Notes under the pieces: model-generated | What the model saw: the letters and a program-made list of their open reading frames with translations, nothing else | Database searches by the model: none | Told to the model about the DNA's origin: nothing | Part shown: piece by piece, positions 40,101 through 51,175 of the stretch | Layout of the letters: each line of letters begins with the position of its first letter | Numbering within the stretch: the stretch's first letter is position 1 | Program-made: the position numbers and the translations under genes | NCBI RefSeq assembly: GCF_032062105.1 | Contig: NW_026934212.1 | Location: forward strand, 682,001-746,000 | Direction: 5' to 3' | DNA from: Saccostrea cucullata | Lineage: Eukaryota | Length of the DNA stretch: 64,000 nucleotides

Positions 40101-43100
40101 GAAGGGCCTTCTCTGGCATCTAATAACATAAAGACACAAAAGTACAGGAAAGGAAAAAATAATGCTAATTGCTATAATGCATTTGAAATGTTGTTTTTGT
40201 GCATACGAAAACATGCACAATGAAAATTCAGCATTTAAAAAAAAACCATCTGGTTGTACACAACCTTACTGTCTTTCAACATTCTCAACTTATTTAAAAA
40301 GTAGACTGATCAGGATCAAAAAACTACTGAAGCACAATATTTTTATTTCTAAAAAATTCTCACCCTTCCATCAGTGACTTTCCTCTGCATGGAGTCGTAG
40401 TCCAGCAGTTTATCAAACCTCTTCTGTATCACTTTGTTTGGGGCCTCAAACAGGGATGTCAGTCTGTTCAAAGGGGAGGTAACCAGGTCACGAACTGTCT
40501 CTTGCTAAAATTATCAAACATTAATACATTTTAGTATTTATTCTAATTTATCAGGTCATCAAAATTGAAATCTGACTGAAATATACAAAATTTTAGCACT
40601 TTTTTTTTATTGACCATTGTTGGTTTGTTTTTTTTTTTTACAACAAGACAGCAGAGTAAAACCTCTACATACAAATGTGGGTAGATGCTTCCTATCCAGA
40701 TTTTCCTGGGCCTCCTGGTATTTCTCCATTTCTGCGTTACTCTGTCGATCATCATAAAAATCGGCCAGGTCGGCCACCACACACTCATGGCAAGACACTG
40801 ACTCCTACATAAACAAAAAATATACCAGTCAACTCAATTGATATGGAATTAAGAGATTTGATGTTTTATTATACTGTTTATACATGTTTGTGCCTGTTTT
40901 TTTTAGATAACAAAAAAATTAATAAAATGAGCTTGGTACCTGTAAATGGTCCATGTATATCTGTGTGTTTCTTATAAAGACTTTCACCATTTTCTCCATT
41001 TGTCTGAACTTTGCCTCCTCTCTATCAAAGTCCTCATCCTTGATCTGCCAAAAATACACAAAATTAAGCTTCCCATACAATCACATCTTTAGACATTTTT
41101 CTTATTTCTACAAAACATTCATACAAACAATGCCTCAGTTATAAAACTTGTGCACAGCTACATACACCTACCAGCAGAAGTCCCAGATTGGTACTAATTC
41201 GACCTTTGAACCTGCTGCCTTTTTTCTTTATTGTATGGAAGCTCAATTTGGCAAGTTTGTCTCCAAAAGTCTCATCTGAAACTTTCTTATATTTGAACAC
41301 TGTAAAACACAAAATCATAATTTTAAGTTTCATTTCCCGCTGACATTGTATCAAATACATGTATAAATGTACAAATTACAATAGAAAATGAATATCTGAT
41401 TGTCTGACCTAGATCCTTTCTGCGTTTGTATTCATTGATGGCTGATGCTACATCTGTCATGGCATTGATGGCTGTCAGAATTTCTTTTTTGTCTGGGTGA
41501 TCATCCTCTGTTGCCTGTAAGTCAATAATAAAATGAAAACATCAATAGAATATCAAACTCTGATCAAAAACAAGTAAGGTACTAAGGAAACCAGACAGAC
41601 CTCAACATATACATGTACTAGCATATACTGTTTTGAATAAACTTTGTACTTATTAAATGTAGCTACCAGCATGTTCAAAATTTAGCACATATTGTACATC
41701 ATAATTTTACCAACACAAACATGACTTACAACTGTTGGTATTTTGTTTAATTATCACACATAAGTCAATAAATATTTTTTAAAGATCATGCATTTTACTA
41801 ACTAAATCATCAAGAAAGGGGTTCAATAAAAATTTCTCTAAAATCAGTATTGAGTATGGTAGGAGAATGAATCTTATTAAGTTTGTAGGTGACCTTGAAG
41901 AGTTCGTTGAGCAGCAGTGGGTATTTGAGGATCCTCTGGACTGGCTTAATGAGGAGAGCCCCGAGATCAAACACCACAGTCTTCTGTCGGAGTTTGTCCA
42001 GCATCTTATTGATGTACACCATGATGGACTCACTCTCCTCATACTGGAATTATACATGGCATGAATTAGTGCAAACGGTTAGCAATTTTACATGTAGGAA
42101 ATCACATTTAAAGTAACTGACACTAAGCATCATCCAAAACTGATTGGCATATAAAACATCAAATACTGTCAGTAAAACATGCTTACAGTGAACACACATA
42201 ACTTATAAAGTATTTGGAAATCCCAACATTTTGCTTTAAGCATGGCTTACTGTTTCAATCTAGGTTAAATGAGCTACATTTGACCTGTTTATTTACCTTT
42301 TCAAGCAGTGTGATGACTTCATCATGGTTACGGCAGTATGGAGCAAAGGCAGTTTTCATGTCTTCTGATAGCACCACAAAACATACACCTACAAGAATGT
42401 CAAATATGTGAAAAATGAATAAATACAATCAATGGATTTTGAATCAAAGAGTCCTTACAGATAAATCATAAGTATGCATTTTCAGGTCAATATATATGTA
42501 CAGCAGCTGGCTATATGCCTTATAATGCTTTGCTACACTGTAAATCTATTTACCTATGACTTGTTCCTCGAAGTCCTTCCCCTGTACGGCCCCCTCCAGG
42601 GCACTCAGTAATCTCTGTGATATGTCTGCTACGTCCTCAATGTTCCCCATCAACACGGTCAGATCCACCTCAGGATGCTGGCAAATTTCAAATGAGACAG
42701 TGTAAATATATCTACATGTCATATCTAGTTGCATATTAAAAATATTAACTTCTTATAGATACTATTCACCATGTAAACTTTACCTTTCAGCCATGAGAGA
42801 TGCTTACATTAATGATCCTGAACAAGCCCTCCCTCACCCCTTAATGAAATTTTTTTACGTCTTCCTGAACAACTCATTATCCCACTCTAAATAATTTCCT
42901 TGAGGAGCTTTCAGTTACCCTCTTCTTCTTACCTTTTCTGCCCCAGAAGACAGGAATGTCTCTACACACAGACCCAGACTGTGCTGGAAATCCTTCTACC
43001 TACCTTTTCTGCCCCGGGAGACAGGAAGGTCTCTATACAGAGACCCAGACTGTGCTGGAAGTCCTTCTCTGTCTGGATCAGTTCCTCTATCACCTTCCCC

Positions 43101-46100
43101 CTCTTCTCTCTCCTCTTCTCCTTCATCTCCTCGGTCCTCTTCTTCTCCTCCTCTCGCTGTCTCTCCTCCTCCTCCTGCCTCCTCCTCTCTGCCTCTCTCT
43201 GAGCCTCCAAATCCCCCTCCTCAGGGCACAGCACCACCAGGTTCTCTGTCAAAATCATGAGTAAATCTCTTATCGTTACTACAAGATTTTAAAAAATGTT
43301 TTCTACATTGTACTTTTTAAGTGTGGTGAGTTTTCCAACAATTGACACTAAGAGTTAAGCATTTCAAAGCTTGAAAATTCATTTTTAGTTCCTCGCGCTA
43401 TTAATTGAGAAGGGTTTATACTCACTCCTGAGTTCGCTCAACTCAGCATTAAGACCACTAATGTTGTCTGTGTAAAACTCAATGTTTTCTTTTATTTCTT
43501 CATTATCTTCACTTCCTTGTAGTGTTCTTTCTAGCTCAGTCCTGGATTTCTCACAGTTCTAAAAGAGAGTTCAATAATTGTCAAATACCTATTTCACAAC
43601 AAAATATCTTCTATCAATTTACATATAAAGCACTGCTACTCACGTCAACGTCCATTTCTAGGTCTTTGATCTTTTTTCTGAGGTCAGCCACAGCCACAGA
43701 ATGAGCCTCAGCTAAAATAAAAAATAAACACTCAACTTATAAAAATGAGGCTTGAATTTTCATTTCAATCTTAATTTTAGAGTAACAAGAATTTTGATTT
43801 TCACAGCAGGCAGATTCTTTAACAAGAGGCCTGGCCCCACATTCTCCCAGACAATATGTTTTGAATCTGAATCTACAATACCTCAGAGAGCTTTCTCTCA
43901 TGTTTCATCTTTTCTGATTCAGTGGTTGTTGAGTAAAAACTTTTCAAAATTTACTATTTTTTTTAATTACCTCCCTTGCAAGAGGACGAGGCCTTTCAAT
44001 TTAATAAAAATGAATTCCTTTTACCCAAGGATTCATGCTGATTCAACAACAAAATATACAAATGCATTCTAAAGAGTTTCTAACAGTACAGGACTTAATT
44101 TTGGTAATGATCACTTCACACTTTCATTTCACTTAAATTTCATTTGCTCTGGTTATCATCAACTGATCAATATTCAATATTTAACTAATTCCCAAACGTA
44201 TGCTAATTGCTTGGTATGTATATTTGTGCCAGAAAATTAAATTGGGAAAAAAATATAAATACACGCATAAAATATTTTAAAAACAATCCTGATTGATTAT
44301 TGAGGAAAACCCTTTAAAAAACAAAAACAAAAAAATTAAAATTTCATGAATAACCAAAAAACATACAGAACCAAAGAGGAAACTTGTGAAATTACAGAGA
44401 TAACATACTGCAATAAAACAGACAAGAGACAGCCAAACCTGTAGACTAATCTTCCTTGTTGTCTATACCAATAATAAAATTACATCTGAACTGACAAAAT
44501 TCCACAAGTTCTCCCAAATGTTAACATCGACCTTCACTAAATGTTCTTACCATATACCGGTAGTAACTTTTGATTCAAAAGATTTAATGCACATGTATAA
44601 TGAAGGTTAAATATTTTTCCACCGACCTTCACTAAATTTTCAATCCATAGTAACTTTTTTTAAAAATGGTTGGAAAGATTTAACTCACATGTATAATGAA
44701 GGTATCATATTAAAAAAAGGTAATTTAACATACTTCTAAATATTCTTATCACCATGCTCTCACTTCACAAGGTATTTTAAAACCTGCACTGTACATATAT
44801 ACAATAAAATGTTACATCATGATCTTTACCACACTGGCCTGATTTCTGATTGAAAACATCCACATAAAGTTACACTGTTGTTCCTAAATCTCAACCAAGT
44901 CTGTGGTGATTTCTTACTGACCAATTCAGTCAGCTTATCATTATTTATAACAGGGTACTGACAATTTATATCTCTAAGCAATATGCTGCACATCTTCCAG
45001 GTAGATAACTTTTGGGGTTTGTCAGTGATCACAAACAGCAAACATGTGAGACATTTGGGGGATCTAGACTTTGATATTGTGAATCATTTTTAATTTTTAA
45101 CTTTGTTGCTTTTCCATAATGGAACTCAATACTGCAAATTTTTCTTTGTGTAAAGGGGCACCAAAATAACAGACCATACCAAATCAAATATTGTTTAAAA
45201 TTTCATCGGAATTTGAAATTTTAAAATATGTCATCAAATCTACTTTATTTCATATCCCAATGACACTCTAAAAATGATACTCTACTTCAAAATTATCGAG
45301 GTTCTTTCAATGTTTATCACTATACAACAATACTGCATATCTTCAATTCAAAGTAGATACATGTAGCTCATTACCCGTTTGAATTTGATAGGGGGACCAC
45401 TTCAAACAAGCTAGTGTCCATATACTTTATGACAGCTAAACCAAGAATTTAACTCATGCCCGTATCTGACATTTTGAAATTGTTCTACCCAGGATACATG
45501 TAAAATAAGTTTGTTGGCAAAGATATAAATCAAGGCATATTTATTTATAAAATATTTACAACTTTACATGTTTGTGCAAAATCTTTTATTTGAACTTGGA
45601 TTTTCAGTCAGTATAACTGGAGGTCTTTTAAGGTATGCATTTGTTTCATCTTGTAGCAAATATGTTCTTTTGCAAAAAAATAACAATCTTCATGATTTTA
45701 TCAATCAAGGTGTTTTACCATATAAGTGGAAATTCTAGCGAGACACAAATTTAGTGGTTTCTACCTAAAATCTGGTATTTTATTTTTACCGAGAAGTAAT
45801 TTTAACGATTTTAAAATGCTAACTGTAAAAACTTTTACAAATAAAACGCAATTAATTTTTAGCAATATTCAATTTTAGCGATGTAAGCACCCTCGCTGAT
45901 AATGCCAAAATTAAATCCTCGCTAAAATTTTTACTTATATGGTAGATATCCTGGTAGCAAAACAACTCCACTAAAATGAGGAACTTTCATTCATTGTAAC
46001 ACAAAAAAAAACTGACCTTGTATATTTCCCAATATTCAATGAAAAGGGTGTAGATACCTAACTGTGATTACAGTATCTACCTTTATTTACCTGATAAAAG

Positions 46101-49100
46101 TCCTTACCTTTAAATGTATCCTCCAGATCAATAAGTCCCTCCCCAGGTCCCGGCTGAGCTGGTCCTGTGGATGATGGCTGTGGTCTTGTTGGCGCAGGGC
46201 GGGTTGGCATGGGTCGGGTTGGTGCGGGTCGAGAGGGAACGGGACAGGAAGGGGCGGGTCTGGATGGCCTTGTCCTGGGTGTCTGACCATTCTGTTTCAC
46301 ATGATTAGTATCGGTCACTTTTACGGGAATTAAAGGAACAGTCGGAGGTGCAGAGGCCAGTCGGGGGCCGGTAGGGCGGGGTGGGGGGTCTTTTTTGAGG
46401 GAGGGTGAACGATCAAACTGCTCAAATGACCTTTGTGGAATGGGAGGAGGTTTTCTCATGGAGGGGTAACTTTTTTTGGATGGAACTGGGTCCACAAAGA
46501 AGACTGAATTTCCTGTTGAAAATGTACCATGGAAGTCATCATTGGAAATTATTTTTTGATGTGCCGTGTCTTGAATTGGAAAATTTACAGAGTGTCTCTT
46601 TGGATCTGTTTTAATTAAATTTGAAGAACTAGAGGATTTGTTACTGGCTTGATCTCTTTTTAGTATTGGCTTGCCTGGGTGAGCTGGCTTATTGCCCATT
46701 TTCTCTTTGGCATCATCAGGTTTCACATCATTTTTTGCTTTGGTTAATTCACTTGATATTAAGTCATTTAATGATTTTGATGTATCTACATCACCAAAAG
46801 AAAATGTAGCTCTCCTGTTTTCAGTTTTGGTATCTGATACTGAACTAGACAATTCATTTGTGGACAGAGATTTTTGCAATGTGCTGCTAGATTCATCAGG
46901 GCTGTGAAGAACTTGGGCAGATGAAGACTTGAGAAGTGACGCCTCGCTGTCTTCGGTTTCTTTTACGGGATGTAATCTCGTTTTGTTTGGTAGATTGGGT
47001 TTGGGCGATAGGCTTGGTTTGGGTTTTGTTACAGGTTTAGGGTTCAGCTGAGGTTTAACTGGTAATACTGGCTTTTGCTCCAATGTAAAATTTATGCTTT
47101 GGCTCCCACTTTTCTCTTTAATATTACTTTTATGTATGTTTTGTTGAGATGTTTCAGGAGCTACATTGTGTTCTCTATGTTCTGTGGTATGATCACTTAT
47201 CGATAAACTTGGTTTTATGACTGGAACAGATGATATTTTGTCATCTATCGTTTTTTTCACTTTATCACTAGATGGTGTAACATGAAATTGGGTTTCAACA
47301 CTCAGTTCCTCTTTATCACTAACAATTTCACTACTTCCACCTTTAACTTCATGATTTCTGTAATCTGGAGCAGGAGACTGTAATGGACTATCATCAATAA
47401 TGTCAAGGAAAACCGTGGGAACTAATCCCGATTTCCCAGAATTCTCATTTAATGCCCTCACCCATTCGGTGTTCAGATACTCTAAAATCTTAACGGTGTC
47501 CCCTTCCGTCACAGTAAGGTCCTGGTCAGTTTCTGCAGTGAACGAAAACAAAACAAGTGCATACTGGTCCCTGCTCAAATTTTGTTCAACTCCATTAACA
47601 CAGCCATGAGATTTGTTCAATGTTTCCTCCACTGTTGAAAAATTCTGATTCTCATTTATATCTAGATCTTTATTTTTCACCTCTTGGTCAATTTCTGATG
47701 GTTCTTCATGATAACTCCTTGTCCCTTCTTCCTCAGAAGCATTTATCTCTGTTCTATTTATTGCCTCATTTTCAGAGAAAGCGTAAGGACAATCGACAAT
47801 AATGGACACAAAACATGTGGGGAACAGACCTATCCTCCCGTCAATCTCTCCCTCCATCCACTGGTCGTCCACATGTTGGACAAGGTACACAATCTCATTG
47901 GCATCAAAAGAAAGTTCATTGTCCGACTGACCTTCAAACCTGTACAAGGTCATGGCATATGGACTAACAGAGGAGTCCAGACTCTTCAAGTTCTCGCTGG
48001 TGTAGGCAGCACTTTGATCTGGTATAGTTAACTGTGATTGGCTATTTGGCACATCGTGTGATTCTGATTGGCTGACATCTCCTCCAACAGGCTGTCCATC
48101 ACTAACACTGCTATAATAAGACTGATCCAAAGAGAAGGATTTCTGAATGGAGGAGCTGGATTTTTTAGTGACCTGATGAGAGACTGGCCCCCCTCCCCCT
48201 GGTGCTGTGTCCTGTATCAGCTCCACACAGGAGGAAAGGAACATCCCCTTCTTACTTCCCAGCTCCCCATAATACCAATCTGAGTCTAGGATCTCAGTCA
48301 CAGTAATTATATCACCAGTCTTAAACCCCAGCTCCTCATCGAGCTGAGCCACCGAATCACACAGGGCCAGGGCAAACAGGGGCTCCGTCGAGTGGAGACT
48401 GTGGCTCCGTTCTTTTAGGGAGGGCAGTAGTTCCAGCTCCATGACATGGGTGACTGGAAAAATCCCCTTGCTGGACCCCAGCTGACCTTTCCACCAGTTG
48501 GCATCAATCTGGTGAGTTCCCAAGATAATAGCACCTACAAAGGGATTACAATGAATAGATATACATGATATTGAGGTATTCTCTGACAAAGGAATGCAAA
48601 ATGAACTCATCTTGCCATTTTGAGTAACCAAATTAATAAAAACACTTATGGTTTTCAGAATCCCTTTTCGTTCAAAACAAGTTACTATACTGTATACAGG
48701 GTTATTTTCGCCCCGTTTTATTTTTGCCCATTCACACCTAGAAAGTAGAAAGTATTTTCCCCTGTTTCAAATTCGCCCAATTTCAATTCTTTTTAAGAAA
48801 TCATACCGAGTTTCTTACAATCACCCCGTTTTATTTTCGCCTTCCTTTGAGTAGGGCGTATGGGGCGAAAATAAAACGGGGGCGAAAATTTTCCTGTATA
48901 CAGCAATGAAATTATATTTAATAATATCAGAACTGTCCCTAACAATCAAAATAGCATGGGACATTTAAAAAGTAGAAGGGGTTCTTAGGTTCCTCAATTA
49001 AGAGGGTAATGAGGAAGAAAAACAGAGTAATCGGGGGATAATGTTATTAAAAGTGGGGAAATGCCCTGACTCCCAAAATCTTAGGAACAACCTGACATAC

Positions 49101-49437
49101 ATATAGATTAAAATTACAAAAATATATAAACACTTAAGTTACACATTTATTTTTCACCTTTTCTAAATTCCAGATCACCATCTTGCTGAGCAGGGAAGTT
49201 TTCTACAGCACCAAACAATACCTGCCCCTCTTCTACTGCTGGTAAACTAAGGACCTCCACAAAGCTGGAGGGGAAGTTCCCCTCCCTCCCCCTTAACTGT
49301 CCGCAGTACCAGTTATCATCTATCACGCTGGTCACTCTAATGATGTCACCCTTAGACAGACTTATCTCCCTTGGATGGTTGGTTTCAAATGGATAAACAG
49401 CTCTAACATATTGACCTGACAAGTTTTCTACGCCCAT
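36969..49437 (-). CDS. DNMBP: Dynamin-binding protein / Tuba (SH3 repeats, RhoGEF DH, BAR, two C-terminal SH3)
   Basis: Exons 49437-49158, 48534-46108, 43711-43644, 43558-43426, 43245-43004, 42677-42554, 42388-42297, 42043-41894, 41514-41409, 41299-41172 (or -41166), 41044-40940, 40804-40673, 40504-40364, 40119-39934, [39422-39369], 38868-38701, 38407-38206, 38005-37629, 37148-36969 all splice in frame. DH motifs VIEELIQTEKDF and LLIKPVQRILKYPLLL; INEYKRRKDL; BAR IQKRFDKLLDYD and LNAQLLDELP; terminal SH3. Confidence 0.95.
37629..38005 (-). CDS. DNMBP: DNMBP exon, Ser-rich linker
   Basis: KGFIPSRLL..., phase 1->0. Confidence 0.88.
38206..38407 (-). CDS. DNMBP: DNMBP exon, penultimate SH3
   Basis: LYRVLQNY...KDPMGNKDRWFVDSG. 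Confidence 0.9.
39369..39422 (-). CDS. DNMBP: Candidate 54-nt in-frame cassette exon of DNMBP
   Basis: tttacag|AAA GTC...TCT ACT|gtaagt; KVTQHEIETKSQSPNIST; phase 0-0. Confidence 0.6.
39934..40119 (-). CDS. DNMBP: DNMBP exon, BAR domain
   Basis: DYDGLNAQLLDELPKL. Confidence 0.9.
41894..42043 (-). CDS. DNMBP: DNMBP exon, DH CR3
   Basis: DLGALLIKPVQRILKYPLLLNELFK. Confidence 0.92.
43004..43245 (-). CDS. DNMBP: DNMBP exon, coiled coil and DH start
   Basis: KRGKVIEELIQTEKDFQHSLGLC. Confidence 0.9.
43820..44045 (-). mobile_element. Fragment of a pearl-like element
   Basis: AACAAGAGGCC start and core-repeat remnant. Confidence 0.5.
45718..45942. mobile_element. MITE, inverted copy of the 16017-16242 family
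   Basis: TA|CCATATAAGTGGAAATT...ACTTATATGG|TA. Confidence 0.85.
46108..48534 (-). CDS. DNMBP: DNMBP large exon (SH3-2 to SH3-5, Pro-rich linker)
   Basis: 2427 nt, phase 1->1, within the 857-aa ORF. Confidence 0.92.
48690..48903. mobile_element. MITE (CTGTATACAGG...TTTTCGCCCCG TIRs)
   Basis: Long terminal inverted repeats; TA on the left, CA on the right. Confidence 0.8.
49158..49437 (-). CDS. DNMBP: DNMBP exon, SH3-1 and start of SH3-2
   Basis: tttcag|ATG GGC; YVRAVYPF...WYCG...GNFPSSFV. Confidence 0.9.
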
Positions 49438-50719
49438 CTGAAATGTTAAAAATACTAGTGGTTTACTGACTGTTGGCTTTAGATTCAAAATTACTGCCTG
49501 CTCAAGATAAATTTCTGCACGGTAATTTCATATTGCCTTCAAATGGAATTTTGTCAATATTTTTTTTCACATTATACAATGGTACACTATATTCCAACAC
49601 AAATATTCAATATTTTGATAATATTTTTTTACTCCAACAGACTTTTTAATTACTTTCTCAAGAAAAACTTATAAGGCAAAAATCCTAAATAAAATGTTGA
49701 CTGTTAATTAGTATGTAGAAGTATTAAGGTACTCAAAGCCATATTTCAGCTATTGTTTTCTCTTGAAAGAAAGCAAAATCTAACTGTACTGTACATCTAC
49801 TATGCTTCATACACGCATCATTACATGAATCCATCATATGAAGGACGAATGATGAATTTAATTTTATGTTGTTTATTTTACATTATCCTTTTACATCATC
49901 AAATTCAGAAAGATTTATCAAAAACTGGGATCAAGTGTAGATTTCAGGTGTGATTTTTCTGACAAGACAATTCATCGGACTTTCGACCATAAAATAAAAT
50001 TTGTCATTTGGCAGGAATTTCCTTATGTATATGTAATGGTCATTCTATTACTGCTCTCAAACAAAACAGAATGAATAAATCAAACTCTTATTCTATCCAA
50101 TGCTGTGTGCATACTAATGTATAATAATCACTAGCTTCTTCAATTTCTCAGTACCATGTTTATATTCATTTTTCTGTGTGAGAAGGCTGCACTTCTCAAA
50201 CCATGCATGATAGCTGATAATGACAATAATTTTCAATAGGTCAGATGTGCTAAATTTTTTCAATGTCTGATCTAATTTTGAAATATTAATTTCATTATGT
50301 CTTACATTTATTTAATTTTTTGTTAAATCCCAGTATAACAAGGTGGGCAAAATACTTCCAAACAGGGGTTTATCTCCCATTTTAGAGACATTAATCCTTA
50401 TTAGATAAAATATAGGTAATTATAACCACAAGTAGTTGTGGATAGGACCCCCCCCCCCTTTCTCCTCACTGATATTCAACCCCAGGGCTTGTTGGACATT
50501 TTTTTTTCACAAATTGTATTTATTACACTTGATCATCATGTGTACCATAGGGACAAAAATTGTGAAAACCCGGGCCAAAATAATCATTCCACAAAAAATA
50601 ACCCACTCACAATTTTTTTCCTTTGGTACACATTATGAACATTTTTACTTATAACGAGAGCAGTGAGCATCGCAAAGCAAGGCTCCTAACTACGAGCTCT
50701 AATGACAATGCCTGGGCGA

Positions 50720-51120
50720 AGAGAGAATTCGGACTACTGCACATTCGATAGATTTTTTTCCCGCAGTAATTTGGACCCACAATGCATTGCTTCGTACACA
50801 ACGCTAAAGCAACGTTCTCACGAGAATAAGAACTAAAGTTAAATGAAATAATAAACTTGCCTTGATATAATGAATTGTTGCTGAAAAATAGTCAATAATT
50901 AAATGGTTCTTCATTAAAATCAGCCCTGTTCAGGCTTCGGTTTGGTAAAGCAACATACGACGTCATACGATGTCAGAGTCTTAGATGCACCGAATGTCAC
51001 CTGTGGTTTGACAAACGCGGTTTGACGAACCCAATCTAAATGAAAACTAGATAAGTATCTGCGCTCGCCCTAACGGTTGCACCGTCAACATATTAACAAT
51101 CATTAAATTACTTTGCTTCA
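50720..51120 (-). promoter_or_regulatory. Probable DNMBP promoter / first-exon region
   Basis: Locally CpG-rich; ZNF143/Staf-like CCCACAATGCATTGC at 50776-50790; CCAAT near 51031. Confidence 0.4.
50861..50914 (-). CDS. DNMBP: Candidate upstream DNMBP exon with GC donor (MKNHLIIDYFSATIHYIK; may be 5'UTR instead)
   Basis: ATC AAG|GCAAGT matches the GC-AG donor consensus; in frame with the ATG exon at 49437. Confidence 0.4.
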
Positions 51121-51175
51121 AAACCAGACACTTGATTATTACGACTAAAGACATCAGTCATTCCGGTCCACTGTT

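Noticed and set aside
42900-43264. Plus-strand Ser/Leu-rich ORFs
   Set aside because: Antisense to the E/R/K-rich DNMBP exon
44826-45041. Possible alternative first exon for a short DNMBP isoform
   Set aside because: Donor phase does not match the phase-1 downstream exon in the ATG-bearing frames I examined
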